NCBI RefSeq assembly: GCF_009914755.1
Contig: NC_060925.1
DNA from: the human T2T-CHM13v2.0 reference genome, Homo sapiens
Length of the DNA: 64,000 bases
Direction: 5' to 3' (one strand)
Shown here: piece after piece, positions 27,118-45,671 of the stretch
How positions within the stretch are numbered: position 1 is the stretch's first letter
How the letters are laid out: each line of letters begins with the position of its first letter
Notes under the pieces: model-generated
Told to the model about the DNA's origin: nothing
Database searches by the model: none
The model's input: the letters and a program-made list of their open reading frames with translations, nothing else
Program-made: the position numbers and the translations under genes

Positions 27118-30100
27118 TTTTTTTTTTTCTATTTTAAGTTCTGGGATACATGTGCAGAACCTGCAGGTTTGTTACATATGTATACATGTGCCATGGTGGT
27201 TTGCTGCACCCATTAACCCATTGTCCAGGTTTTAAGCCTCGCATGTATTAGGTACTTCTCCTAATACTATCCCTCCCCTTGCCACCACTCCCTGGCAGAT
27301 GCTGGTGTATGATGTTCCCCTCCCTGGGTCCATGTGTTCACATTGTTCAACTCCCACTTGAGTGAGAACATGTGGTGTTTGGTTTTCTATTCCAGTGTTA
27401 CTTTGCTGAGGATAATGTCTTTCAGCTTCATCCATGTCCCTGAAAAAGACATTAACTCATTCTTTTTAATGGTTGCATAGTATTCCACGATATATATGTG
27501 CCACATGTTCTTTATCCAGTCTGTTGGGGCGATCAGACCCAACACCAGGCTGTGGGGGCTATGAAGTCCGGAGGAGTCAAAGGAATGAGACAAGACAAGT
27601 TAAGAGCACATAAAGTGGGACCACGGGGCCAACGCTAGTTTGAAGGCTGTGAAGACCCAGGCTCTGAAAGCCCGCACTATTTATAGGTGATCAAACAAAG
27701 AAGCAGGTGGTGAGGATGTGGGGGTTGAAAGAAAGTGGTGTATCAAGTGCATGATCTACAACTGTGACGGTTTAGCATTTTCTTTGCAGCATATGGAACA
27801 TGTTCTGCTACTTGAGATAATGGGAAAAATGTTCTTCTCGTTGCAGATACAATTGATCTCTGAACCTGGGAATGCTAGAAGCAAGGAGCCAGTAAGTCTA
27901 GACACATTCCAGAGGCCACGAGGGGTTTTATGCCCTGAGCTATGGATTCCATCCAAGCCATGAGGGGTTTTATGCCCTGGGCTTAGATTGTGGTGCAGCA
28001 GGCCAGCCTTCCACCCTTTGGCACAGAGTTTGGTGTACCAAAGGCCATGAGGGGTTTTAGACCCCGGACCCCGGACATGTTCCAAGACTCTTTTACACTA
28101 TGTCAGACATGCAAGCCCTGCCTCAGCTTTTTTCCCAACACTCAGCTTTTCCCCAACACAGTCTATCACTGATGGGCATTTGGGTTGGTTCCAAGTCTTT
28201 CCTATTGTAAATAGTGCTGCAATAAGCATACGTGTGCATGTGTCTTTATAACAGAATGATTTATAATCCTTTGGGTGTATATCCAGGAATGGGATTGCCG
28301 GATCAAATGGTATTTCTGGTTCTAAATCCATGAGGAATCACCACACTGTCTTCCACAATGGCTGAATTAATTTAAATTCCCACCAACAGTGAAAAAGTGT
28401 TTCTATTTCTCCATATCATCTCCAGCATCTGTTGTTTCCTGACTTCTTAATGATTGCCATTCTAACTGGTGTGAGATGGTAGCTCCTTGTGGTTTTGATT
28501 TGCATTTCTCTAGTGACCAATGATGATGAGCTTTTTTTTATATGTTTTTTGGCTGCATAAATGTCTTATTTTGAGAAGTGTCTGTGCATATCCTTTGCCC
28601 ACTTTTTGATGGGCTCTTTTTTTTTCTTGTAAATTTGTTTAAGTTCATTGTAGATTCTGGATATTAGCCCTTTGTCAGGTGGATAGATTGCAAAACTTTC
28701 CTCCCATTCTGTAGGTTGTCTGTTCACTCTGATGTCAGTGTCTTTTGCTGTGCAGAAACTCTTTAGTTTAGTTAGATCCCATTTGTCAATTTTGGCTTTT
28801 GTTGTTATTGCTTTTGGTGTTTTAGTCATGAAGCCTTGCCAATGCCTATGTCCTGAATGGTATTGCCTACGTTTTCTTCTAGGGTTTTTATGGTTTTGGG
28901 TCTTATATTTCACTCATTAATTCATCTTGGGTTAATTTTTTTGTAAAGAGTAGGGAAGGGGTCCAGTTTCAGTTTTCTGCATATGGCTAGACTGTTTTCC
29001 CAACACCATTTATTAAATAGAGAATCCTTTCCCCATTGCTTGTTTTGTCTGGTTTGTAAAAGATCAGATGGTTGTAGATATGTGGTGTTGTTTCTGAGGC
29101 CTCTGTTCTGTTCCATTGGTCTATATATCTGTTTTGGTACCAGCACCATGCTGTTTCAGTTACTGTAGCCTTGTTGTATAGTTTGAAGTCAGGTAGCATG
29201 ATGCTCCAGCTTTGTTCTTTTTGATTGGGATTGTCTTGGCTATACGGGCTCTTTTTTGGTGCCATGTGAAATTTAAAGTAGTTTTTTTCTAATTCTATGA
29301 AGAAAGTCAAAGGTAGCTTAATGGGAATAGCATTGAATCTATACATTGCTTTGAGCAGTATGGCCATTTTCATGATATTGATTCTTCCTATCTATGAACA
29401 TGGAATGTTTTTCCATTTGTTTGTGTTCTCTCTTATTCCTTGAACAGTGGTTTGTAGTTCTCCTTGAAGAGGTCCTTCACATTCCTTGTAAGTTGGATTC
29501 CTAGGTATTTTATTCTCTTTGTAGCAATTGTGAATGGCAGTTCACTCATGATTTGGCTCTGTTTGTCTATTATTGGTGTATAGGAATGCTTGTGATTTTT
29601 GCACATTGACTTTGTATCCTGAAACTTTGCTGAAGTTGATTATCACCCTAAGGAGTTTTTGGGTGAGATGATGGGGTTTTCTAAATATACAATCATGTCA
29701 TTTTCAAACAGAGACAGTTTGACTTCCTCTCTTCCTATTTGAATACGCTTTCTTCCTTTCTCTTGCCTAATTGCCCTGACCAGAACCTTCAAGACTATGT
29801 TGAATAGGAGTGGTGAGAGAGGGCATCCTTTTCTTGTGCCTGTTTTCAAAGGGAATACTTCCAGCATTTGCCCATTCAGTATGATATTGGCCATGGATTT
29901 GTCATAAATAGCTCTTATTATTTTGAGAAATGTTGCAACAATACCTAGCTTATTGAATGTTTTTAGCATGAAGGGGTGTTGAACTTTCTGCATCCATTGA
30001 GATAATTATCTGGTTTTTGTCACTGGTTCTGTTTATATGATAGATTATGATTAATGATTGTTGTATGTTGAACCAGTCTTGCATCTCAGGATGAAGCCGA

Positions 30101-31006
30101 CTTGATTGTGTTGGATACGCTTTTTGATGTGCTGCTGGATTTGATTTGCCAGTATTTTACTGTGAATTTTCACATTGAGATTTATCAGGGATATTGGCAT
30201 GAAAATTTTTTTTGTTGTTGTGTCTCTGCCAGGTTTTGGTATCAGGATGATGCTGACCCCATAAAATGAGTTAGGAATGAGTCCCTCTTTTTCTATTGTT
30301 TGGGTTAGTTTCAGAAGGAATGGTACCAGATCCTCTTTGTACCTCTGGTAGAATTCGGTTTTGAATCCGTCTGGTCCTGGGCTTTATTATTATTATTATT
30401 ATTTGGTTGGTAGGCTATTAATTACTGCCTCAATCAGGACTTGTTGTTGGTGTATTCAGAAACTCATCTTCTTCCTGGTTTAGTCTTGGGAGGGTGTATG
30501 TGTCCAGGAATTTATCCATTTCTTCTAGGTTTTCTAGTTTATTTGCATAGAGGTATTTATAGTATTCTCTGATGGCAATTTGTATTTCTGTGGGATCAGA
30601 GGTGATATCCCCTTTATCATTTTTTATTGTGTCTGTTTGATTCTTCTCTCTTTTCTTCTGTATTAGTCCGGCTAGTGCTCTATTTTGTTAATCTCCTCAA
30701 AAAAACGGCTTCTGTGTTTATTGATTTTTGAAGGGTTTTTCATGTCTCCATCTCCTTCAGTTCTGCTCTGATCTTAGTTATTTCCTGTCTTCTGCTAGAT
30801 TTTGAATTTGTTTGCACTTGCTTCTCTAGTTCTTTTAATTGTGATGTTAGTGTGTGAATTTTAGATGTTTCTCAGTTTCTGATGTGGGCACTTAGTGCTA
30901 TAAATTTCCCTCTAAACACTGCTTCAGCTATATCCCAGAGATTCTGGTACATTGTGTCTTTGTTCTCATTGACTTCAAAGAATGTATATATTTCTGCCTT
31001 AATTTT
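27118..31006 (-). mobile_element. 5'-truncated L1PA (ORF2 RT and C-terminal region, 3'UTR)
   Basis: ORF2 peptides [23 protein letters not shown] (degenerate FADD), KIDKWDL; poly(T) at 27118. Confidence 0.92.
27522..28158 (-). mobile_element. Solo ERVK-class LTR (LTR14B-like) inside the L1
   Basis: TGTTGGGG...CCCCAACA termini; 5-bp TSD CAGTC at 27517-27521 and 28159-28163; L1 sequence resumes exactly; family name from memory. Confidence 0.8.
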
Positions 31007-32557
31007 GTTCCTTTATTTCTTAACTAATGTAAATAACACTGCAATGAATATAGGAATGCAGATATCTCTTCAACGTACTGATTTCGATTCCTTTGGTTAT
31101 AGAGATTGTATGGTACTACTGTTTCCAATTTTCTGAGGAATTGCCATATGGTTTAGCTTACTTCACAACCAAGAGTGCACAAGGGTCTTTTTTACTCCAC
31201 CCCTTCATCAACACTTGTTATATTGTATGTTTTTGATAATACCCATTATTACAATTGTGAGACAATATCTCATTGTGGTTTTATGTTTTCCTGATGATCA
31301 GTGATGAGAAGCATTTTCTCATATATCTGATGGTCATTTGTATGTCTTCTTTTGAGAAGTGTCTATTTAAGTACTTTGCCTATTTTTTGATTGGGTTATT
31401 TGTTTACTTGCTTTTGAGTTGTTTGAGTTTCTTATATATTTTGGATAATAAACCCCTAAAAAAGTGTAGTTTGCATTTTCTCCCAACCTGTGGGATGTCT
31501 CTTCACTATATTGTGTCTTTGCTATGTGAAGCTTTTTAGTTTGAAACAATTCTTTTTTTTCTTTTTTTGCTTTGTCACCTGTGCTTTAGGTGCCATATGC
31601 AAGAAATCGTTGTCCAAACCAATGCTGTGGAGCAGCTCCCCTATGTATGTTTTCTTCTAGAGGTTTTACAGTTTCAGGTCTTACACTCAAGTTTTAAATC
31701 CATATTGAGTTGATTTTTGTATATGGTATGAAATAAGGATCCAATTCTATATTTCTGCACATGGATATATAATTTTCCCAACAACATTTGTTGAAGACAG
31801 TGTTCTTTTTCCATTGTGTTTTTGGCACCTTTGTCAAAAATCAAGTGTTCACAAGTGTGTGGGTTTTTACAATACATTATAACATACATGTCAGACTTTT
31901 ATAATAGGTCTTGGGCCGAAGTGGCCATTATTCTCTGAATGAGATGTCCACTCATTCAAAGCACATAGAAATGGGCCCATTCAGCATAATTATTCCTCAC
32001 ATAAGGTTTAGCAAAGAGTGTTCTAGCTCCCTGAAGAATTATTGATTTTCACAGCCATATCTCACACATTCTGTTTGCTAAGATTTTTGTTTTATTGTCA
32101 CCTTTTTGAAGAGATATTCTTAGGCTAACTACTTAAAGAAGCAATCACTCCTCAAACTCTTATTCTATAACTTTCTTAACTGCATTAATTTTCCACAAGG
32201 CACATTTATCTCTCCAAATCACAGTATTTGTTAATCCACTTTATTGTCTATTTTTACCATAACATTTATTCATAGCTTATTTCATCAGTGCTTGCATCTG
32301 GCAAATAGTACAAACTTAATAAAACTGTTAATGAATCACATCATTCTGATCTAAGTAATTAACTAATGAATGGGCATATAGCCCATTTGGCTAATAGCTA
32401 TAATCATCAGGGTTTCTGACATTGGGAAACACATATGGTGACTTCCAGGTTGCTGAGAAGGGAAAAACATAAGCAAGAGCTTTTCTAATAATTAAGCTGA
32501 AAAGAGATAATCAGAGTCAAGACACACATATATTTATGTACATGAAGCAAAGATTTA

Positions 32558-33126
32558 GGCAGAGCACCATGCGTCACATCTGTTATCCCAGCAATTTGGG
32601 AGGCAAAGGTGGGTGGATCACTTGGGTCCAGGAGTCTGAGACCAGCCTGGGAAACCTGGCAAGACATGGTATGTCTCTTCTCACACTGCTATAAAGAACT
32701 TTCCTGAGACTGGGTAATTTATAAAGGAAGAAGATTTAATTGACTCACAGTTCCTTATGCCAACAGAAGGAGAAGGGGAAGCAAGCACCTTCTTTACGAA
32801 GCAGCAGGAGAGAGAGGGTGAAGGGGAAAGAGACCATTATAAAACCAACAGACCTCATGAGAACTCACTATCATGAGAGCAACATGGGGGAAACTGCCCT
32901 ATGATCCAATTACTTCCCGTTAGATCTCTCCCTCAACACCTGGGGATTACAATTTGAGATGAGATTTGGGTGGGGACAGAAAGCCAAGCCATATAAAATG
33001 GTCTCTAAAAAACAAACAAAAAAAAGAATAGCCACGCATGGTGGCACACGCCCATAGTCCCAACTACTCAGGAGGCGGAGATTAGAGGATCAGCTGAGCT
33101 TGGGAGGTTGAAGCTGCAATGAACCA
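32558..33126 (+). mobile_element. Old Alu (J-like) interrupted by a MaLR LTR and truncated by an ERV1 LTR
   Basis: Left arm at 32558-32670; linker and right arm at 32998-33126. Confidence 0.8.
32671..32997. mobile_element. MaLR (MST/THE1-like) solo LTR
   Basis: ctcacactgctataaagaac...ctgagactgggtaatttataaag...gagatttgggtggggaca; 5-bp TSD ATGGT at 32666-32670 and 32998-33002. Confidence 0.85.
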
Positions 33127-33880
33127 TGTTGGATACAGTGAGTTCCTCTTCAAAGGTTCCGCTTGTTCAACTCCCTTTCTTTGTCCTCTATTTTCAAAGC
33201 CTAACTTCCTTGCCTGCTTGACCCTAGTTACGGTAAACAACATTCTAGCCATTCCCAATCTGTAATCCACTTCCATTCCCAATCTTTAACCCATATCTAT
33301 TCCCAATCTGTAACAACCCACATCTGTTCCTTATTTTGCACCCTTAGTTCTGAAACTGCCCTTCCCGCTGCTGTAGCTCCGCCCCCTGCTCCATAGGAAG
33401 TAGCCAATTGGGATCAGCTTAGATTGTGCTGTCTGACTGCAGCCAATGGGGACTGGACACAGTAGCAGGGACTGACTGCATTAGGAATAAAAACCCCGTC
33501 CCTCCTTTTTTCTGTGTGCTCTTATAGTGACCAGAAGAGCAAGCAGTACCCTTCTGCAGAAGTAAATTTGCCTTGCTGAGAAATCCTTTATTTGAGTGCT
33601 CATTTTCTTTGCACCTCTGAGCTCTTCTTTCCAACAATTTGGGGGCTCGTCTTGGATTCCTATTCTCCTCTGGGAAAGGGTTTCTGATCCCCTCTCATGA
33701 AAAGATGCGTCCCACTGTCTTGTTGTAATGGCCTCAGGGTAAGGGATCGGGACTCACTCAGTGTGATGAATAATCCCGGACTCTCAGCAATGCGGGCATA
33801 AAGTATCTTTACACACCATGGTGACCATGTAACTCTGTGCACAGATCAAGGTAAGAAACGTCGCGGGGGTGACAAAGTAA
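33127..33880 (+). mobile_element. ERV1 5' LTR (33127-33636; LTR10/HERV-IP-like) with tRNA-Pro primer binding site and leader
   Basis: TGTTGGA...TCCAACA termini; PBS TGGGGGCTCGTCTTGGAT at 33640-33657 (Pro consensus TGGGGGCTCGTCCGGGAT). Confidence 0.85.
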
Positions 33881-33964
33881 TAAATATGGATAATATATCT
33901 ATTTTATATATTATATATATAAAGAAATAGATAATTTTGGACTTGCAAATATTCTAGTCAGAAT

Positions 33965-34497
33965 ATCACAGGGCAAACCCCAAAATTGGAGCTCAGCTCG
34001 GGAGGCCACATGGTTCCTTGCCTTCATGGAGGAAAGAATTCAAGAGCAAGCCAGCAGAGTAAAGTGAAATCAAGTTTACTGAAAAATAAAGGAATAAAAG
34101 GGTGGCTACCCCACAGGCAGAGTAGCAGCATGAGTTTATCACATAGATGTGGTTATTATTTTTTGATTATATGCTAAACAGGGAGTGAATTATTCGTGAG
34201 TATTCTGGGATGGTGTGGGGACTTCTAGGAACTGAGGGGTCTTCACCGTTTCAGATGATATAGGGTAACTTCTGGACATTGTCATGGCCTTTTTAAACTG
34301 TCATGGGGCTGGTGAGAGTTTCCTTTGGTATGCTAATGTATTCTAATTATAATGAGCATTGAGGACCACCGGAGGTTGCTTTTATTGCCATGTTGGTTTT
34401 AGAAGGTTGTGGCCAGCTTATTTACCACACCCTGTTTTATCAGTGCAGTCTATGTTACTTGTATCTTGTGAAACAAGTCCTGCTGAATTCTTATGTC
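33965..34497 (-). mobile_element. ERV1 MER4-group-like LTR
   Basis: Characteristic ggaaagaattcaagagc...aagtgaaa.caagtttact and gatatagggtaacttc.gac.ttg.catggc motifs. Confidence 0.55.
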
Positions 34498-35754
34498 AGG
34501 AATATTCAAGGGCATTTCGAAAAATATACGTGCTTGGATTGCAACTCCAGATTTCAGATTTTTAGCATAACTGAGATATGCCTTTTTCTTATGTCTATGT
34601 TTTAGTTAATTTTTGCATAGTTATAAGTACTTAATATATGGCAATAGCATTAGCATAAAATTAGAAAAACATTTATAATGTGGGATGATTTTATTTCCAA
34701 CCCCCATTCTTCAAATATGTACTCTGTCCTCTCTCTAGTATAAAGGAGTTTTCAGTTCATTGTGTATCATTCCACAGATAGGTACATATATGACCATATA
34801 TTATTTTTATTAATTGCTATACTGCATCTTACTTTTAAAAATGTTGTATGGTGAAATGTAAAACACATACACACACAAAGCCATAGGCAAGATAACCACG
34901 AGGAAACAAGGTATTATGAATTGAACACCTGTGTAACCACTTGCCAGTTCAAGATACAGAACAATGTCAGCACTCTCAGAAGCCCTTTGCATTCTCATTT
35001 CCAAACAAAAAGTCCTCCTTCCACATATATGTAATTACTAAAATATCTAGTAGTAATATTGTTCATACTTTCATTTATTTTTAAGTTCTAAAGAAATCTG
35101 TAAGCTTCATACATTAATTTTAATCTGCTTATTCTACTGAGTTTGGTCTCTGGTGAGTTTTACATTAATGGGACACATTTGTGTCTCTCTTTCATTTTTA
35201 TTGTAATAAAAACATTTCATGTTATCTTCTCATTGCAATACATTTAGCCATTTCAGGGTTGATGGGTACCTATTTGGATTCTATCACATCTGATGCTGTA
35301 ACACAGATTGCTGTAGAAATCTTCTGGTTGTTCTGTGCAGAGCTCTAATTGATTGTATACCCAGGAACTGCTGGGTTACAGCACTAGTAAATTTCCAAAT
35401 TTAATAGAAAATACCACACTAATTCCAAACAGTATGAAATTTGCACTCTATAGGAAGACATTGGAAGTCATAATAATCAAATTTATCATCCACAAAATTT
35501 TTGTGTGTATTTCTTTTATTTTTAAAGTTTCATAATTCAGATACATGTAGTAATGTTGAATAGTGCTATTACTTTTCATCTCTCTAGTTTTTACAGTAAG
35601 GTTTAATACTCTGTTTTATATTAACATATCATCATTCATTAATCCATTCTACTCTAGGAATTTTCAGTTTCTGACTATATTGAATAATGCTGCTATGAAT
35701 TTTCTTTTATATGTCTTTGGTACATGTGCTTAAACTTTCTCTTTTTGATAAGTT

Positions 35755-36130
35755 TATACATATATGTATACATATGTATATGTATACCTGTATACTTACA
35801 TAAGCATATATGTTACATATAAGCATATATAATATATAATATATAGAAGTATATATTTATATATACTTAAGTATATACAGAAGTTATATATATATTTTAT
35901 ATATGATATACATAAGTATATACACATAAAAAGGTTAGTAGATAAGTATATTTAACATATATAAGTATATTTAAAAGATATATACTTATATATCATTCAT
36001 ATATACTTAAATAAGTGTACATAAATATATGTTCACATATATTTATATTATACGTAAGTATATTTAAGTATTATATATGTACATATATGTACATAATTCA
36101 TATAATTTAAATTACTTAGTGTGTGTAGAT
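35755..36130. repeat. (TA)-rich low-complexity tract
   Basis: Degenerate TATA/TACA/TAAGTATA repeats. Confidence 0.85.
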
Positions 36131-37121
36131 ATATAATTGATCTATCCATTAGGTAATTCTTCCAAAAATTTATACAAATTTGCATCTCAGTAATAATATG
36201 TGAGAATGTGTTTGCCATTTTGTACCAAAAAACACATTGTGCCCTAAAACATTTTGATAGTTTGCAAACATATAACTGAATATTTATTTCTAAGTGCCAT
36301 TTACATTTTCATAAATGAGACAACATCTTTTTCTATTTTTTAGAGCTATTTGTGTTTTATTTTCTGGGAAATGTTACCTATTTTACCATAGAGTTATTGG
36401 TATATATATATATATATATAGATGTTTGGAACCCTTTATATTTCCAGTATAAATCTGTGTCTGTGTCTGTGCAATATAATTCAACATTGTTTTAAGTTTT
36501 ATGTGTCTTTTGTTTTTCTTTATAATGATCACTACAATCAAGAATTGTTTTAAAATAGTCACATTTATAAATAAATCTTTTTTCAGTGATAGATTTTGTA
36601 TCATATTTTTAAAGGTTTTTGAGCTCCAGGGTTTTTAATTTTTTTCTGATTTTTTTGAAAAGGTCTTTTTATTAACAAGTCTAATGCCTATTTGGAGTTT
36701 ATTTTCTTATAAAAATGTAAGCATTAACTTCATTTTGGTTGTTGTTACTGGTTAACTGGTTGTCCCAACATGGTTAACTGAACAAGTTCTCTTCTCTAGC
36801 AGTTTCAAATGCTAGTAAACGGTATATAATTTTAATTTTTATTACTTTATAATATATTTTAATATATTAGTTTTTCAATTCAGTAATAGTCTAACTTTTT
36901 TTTGCAGGACTTTTCTGACAATTTTTTCATGTTAATTATGCATGTGATGAACTTTAGAAACAGCTTGACTACTTCTTGAAGTTATATATTCATATATTAT
37001 TGTAATCAGATTAAATTTTTAAACTAATTTTAATTTTAAAATCAAATTTATTCATATGCGCTATGTTAATACATACAATTGAAGAAAAAATTATGCATCA
37101 TTAAATACCACACATATCCAC

Positions 37122-39677
<2,556 letters not shown>

Positions 39678-39957
39678 ACTGTGGGTCTTATTCTTAAAAA
39701 TAAAATACATATATTATTTAGATTTATTTTATTTTATTTTTTTATTATTATACTTTATAGAGTTAATCTTTATATTAGTCCATGTGTCAATGGAGAGAGA
39801 TTTGTGGTTTTTAAGTATATCATGTTTTAGTCAAAACATGTTATTTATCTACATATTAAATTTCTATAATATTTCTTTTTTTTAACCATGCACTCTTTCA
39901 TTAATGAAAAATCATCTACCTGATTTGTACCCACTAGCAAGCTAACATCCATGCTTC

Positions 39958-43856
<3,899 letters not shown>

Positions 43857-44122
43857 AATCGATTGCCCTAATTTTTAATGGATAAAAAGGATGCTCAGAA
43901 GAAAAACTTAGCTCCATAATTTTATAAGTGAGACAGTGCTGAAATAACATATTTCTTTATGATTCTATAATTCTTAACCTTTGAGTTTCCTACTTCTAGT
44001 CATGCTGTATTGATCACTCAACTACAGAATTTACCACAATCACATGCTTTATAAGGTACCAAGTAAAGTTTTGCCAAATTAATGAACTGGTTTTGTGGTG
44101 CTAGGGAAAAAACATATTCATC

Positions 44123-45073
44123 ATGGCATGGGAGAATCAGACCTTCAACTCCGGCTTCATCCTCCTGGGAATCTTCAATCACAGCCCCACCCGCACCTTC
44201 CTCTTCTTTCTGGTCCTGTGCATCTTTTAGGTGGCCTTCATGGGAAACTCCCTCATGGTTCTCCTAATCTACCTGGATACCCAGCTCCATACCCCCATGT
44301 ACTTCCTCCTCAGTCAACTGTCCCCCATGGACGTCAGGCTCATCTGCACCACCGTACCCAAGATGGCCTTCAACTACTTGTCTGGCAGCAAGTCCATTTC
44401 TATGGCTGGCTGTGCCACACAAATTTTCTTCTGTGTATCACTGCTTGGCTCTGAATGCTTTCTGTTGGCTGTTATGTCTTATGACTGCTACATTGCCATT
44501 TGCCACCCTCTAAGATACACCAATCTCATGAGACCCAAAATTTGTAGACTTATGACTGCCTTCTCCTGGATCCTGGGCTCTACAGATGGAATCATTTATG
44601 CTGTAGCCACATTTTCCTTCTCCTACTGTGGGTCTCGGGAAATAGCCCACTTCTTCTGTGAGTTACCTTCCCTACTAATCCTCTCATGCAATGACACATC
44701 AATATTTGAAAAGGTTATTTTCATTTGCTCTATAGTAATGCTTGTTTTCCCTGTTGCAATCATCATTGCTTCCTATGCTGGAGTTATTCTGGCTGTCATT
44801 CACATGGGATCTGGAGAGGGTCGTCGCAAAGCTTTCACGACCTGTTCCTCTCACCTCATGGTGGTGGGAATGTTCTATGGAGCAGGTTTGTTCATGTACA
44901 TACAGCCCACATCTGATCGCTCCCCAACGCAGGACAAGCTGGTGTCTGTATTCTACACCATCCTCACTCCCATGCTGAATCCCCTCATCTACAGCCTCCG
45001 CAACAAGGAAGTGACCAGAGCATTCATGAAGATCTCAGGAAAGGGCAAGTCTGGAGAGAGAGTTACCTCATAA
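44123..45073 (+). pseudogene. OR2M1P: Olfactory receptor family 2 subfamily M pseudogene
   Basis: ATG GCA TGG GAG AAT CAG ACC (MAWENQTFNS); in-frame TAG at codon 36 (44228-44230); the same frame continues with LHTPMY, MSYDCY (DRY lost), KAFTTCSSH, PMLNPLIYSLRN; symbol assigned from recalled gene order. Confidence 0.85.
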
Positions 45074-45279
45074 ACTTTATGTTTTGATGTCTGCTAAATT
45101 ATTCTTTCTAATATCCTTCTTTTTCTATAAAGTCCTAAAAATATCATTGATTGTGTGCATTGTTCAACATATTTATGGGCAGGTATATAATTTATTTCAG
45201 ATAAACTATTTTAGATATGTTTATATTCAATTCAGTTGTGACTACAATATAAGGCATTGTAAATAAAGACATTAAATAT

Positions 45280-45638
45280 TTTTTTAATTTTTAAATTATC
45301 TTTTTGGGAAACAAGTAGTGTTTGATTACATTAATAAGTTCTTTAGTGGTGATTTCTGAGATGTCGGTGCAGCCATCAACCAAGTAGTGTTCACTGTACC
45401 CAATATATAGTCTTTTTCCCTCTCCAGTCCCCAATATTTACTCCAAGTCCCCAAAGTCCAGTGTATCATTCTTATGCCTGGATGTCTCATAACTTAGCTG
45501 GCACATGTGAGTGAGAACGTATGATGTTTGGTTTTCCATTCCTGAGTGACTTCACTTTGTATGATAGTCTCCAATTCCAACCAGGTTGCTGCAAATGCTA
45601 TTAATTCATTCCTTTTTATGGCTGAGTAGTATTCCATG

Positions 45639-45671
<33 letters not shown>

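Larger units (their letters stand above)
26520..31870 (-). mobile_element. Old L1M host element (26520-27088 and 31007-31870), split by a younger L1PA
   Basis: L1M 3'-type sequence is continuous across the insertion; duplicated target GTTCCTTTAT at 27079-27088 and 31007-31016. Confidence 0.75.

Noticed and set aside
27796-28118. p53-type half-sites GAACATGTTC (27796) and GGACATGTTC (28073) in the solo LTR
   Set aside because: These are isolated decamers with no adjacent second half-site forming a full response element
32280-32375. TAATGA homeodomain-type motifs suggesting an OR enhancer
   Set aside because: They fall in what resembles a decayed L2/MIR 3' end in AT-rich DNA, with no paired O/E site
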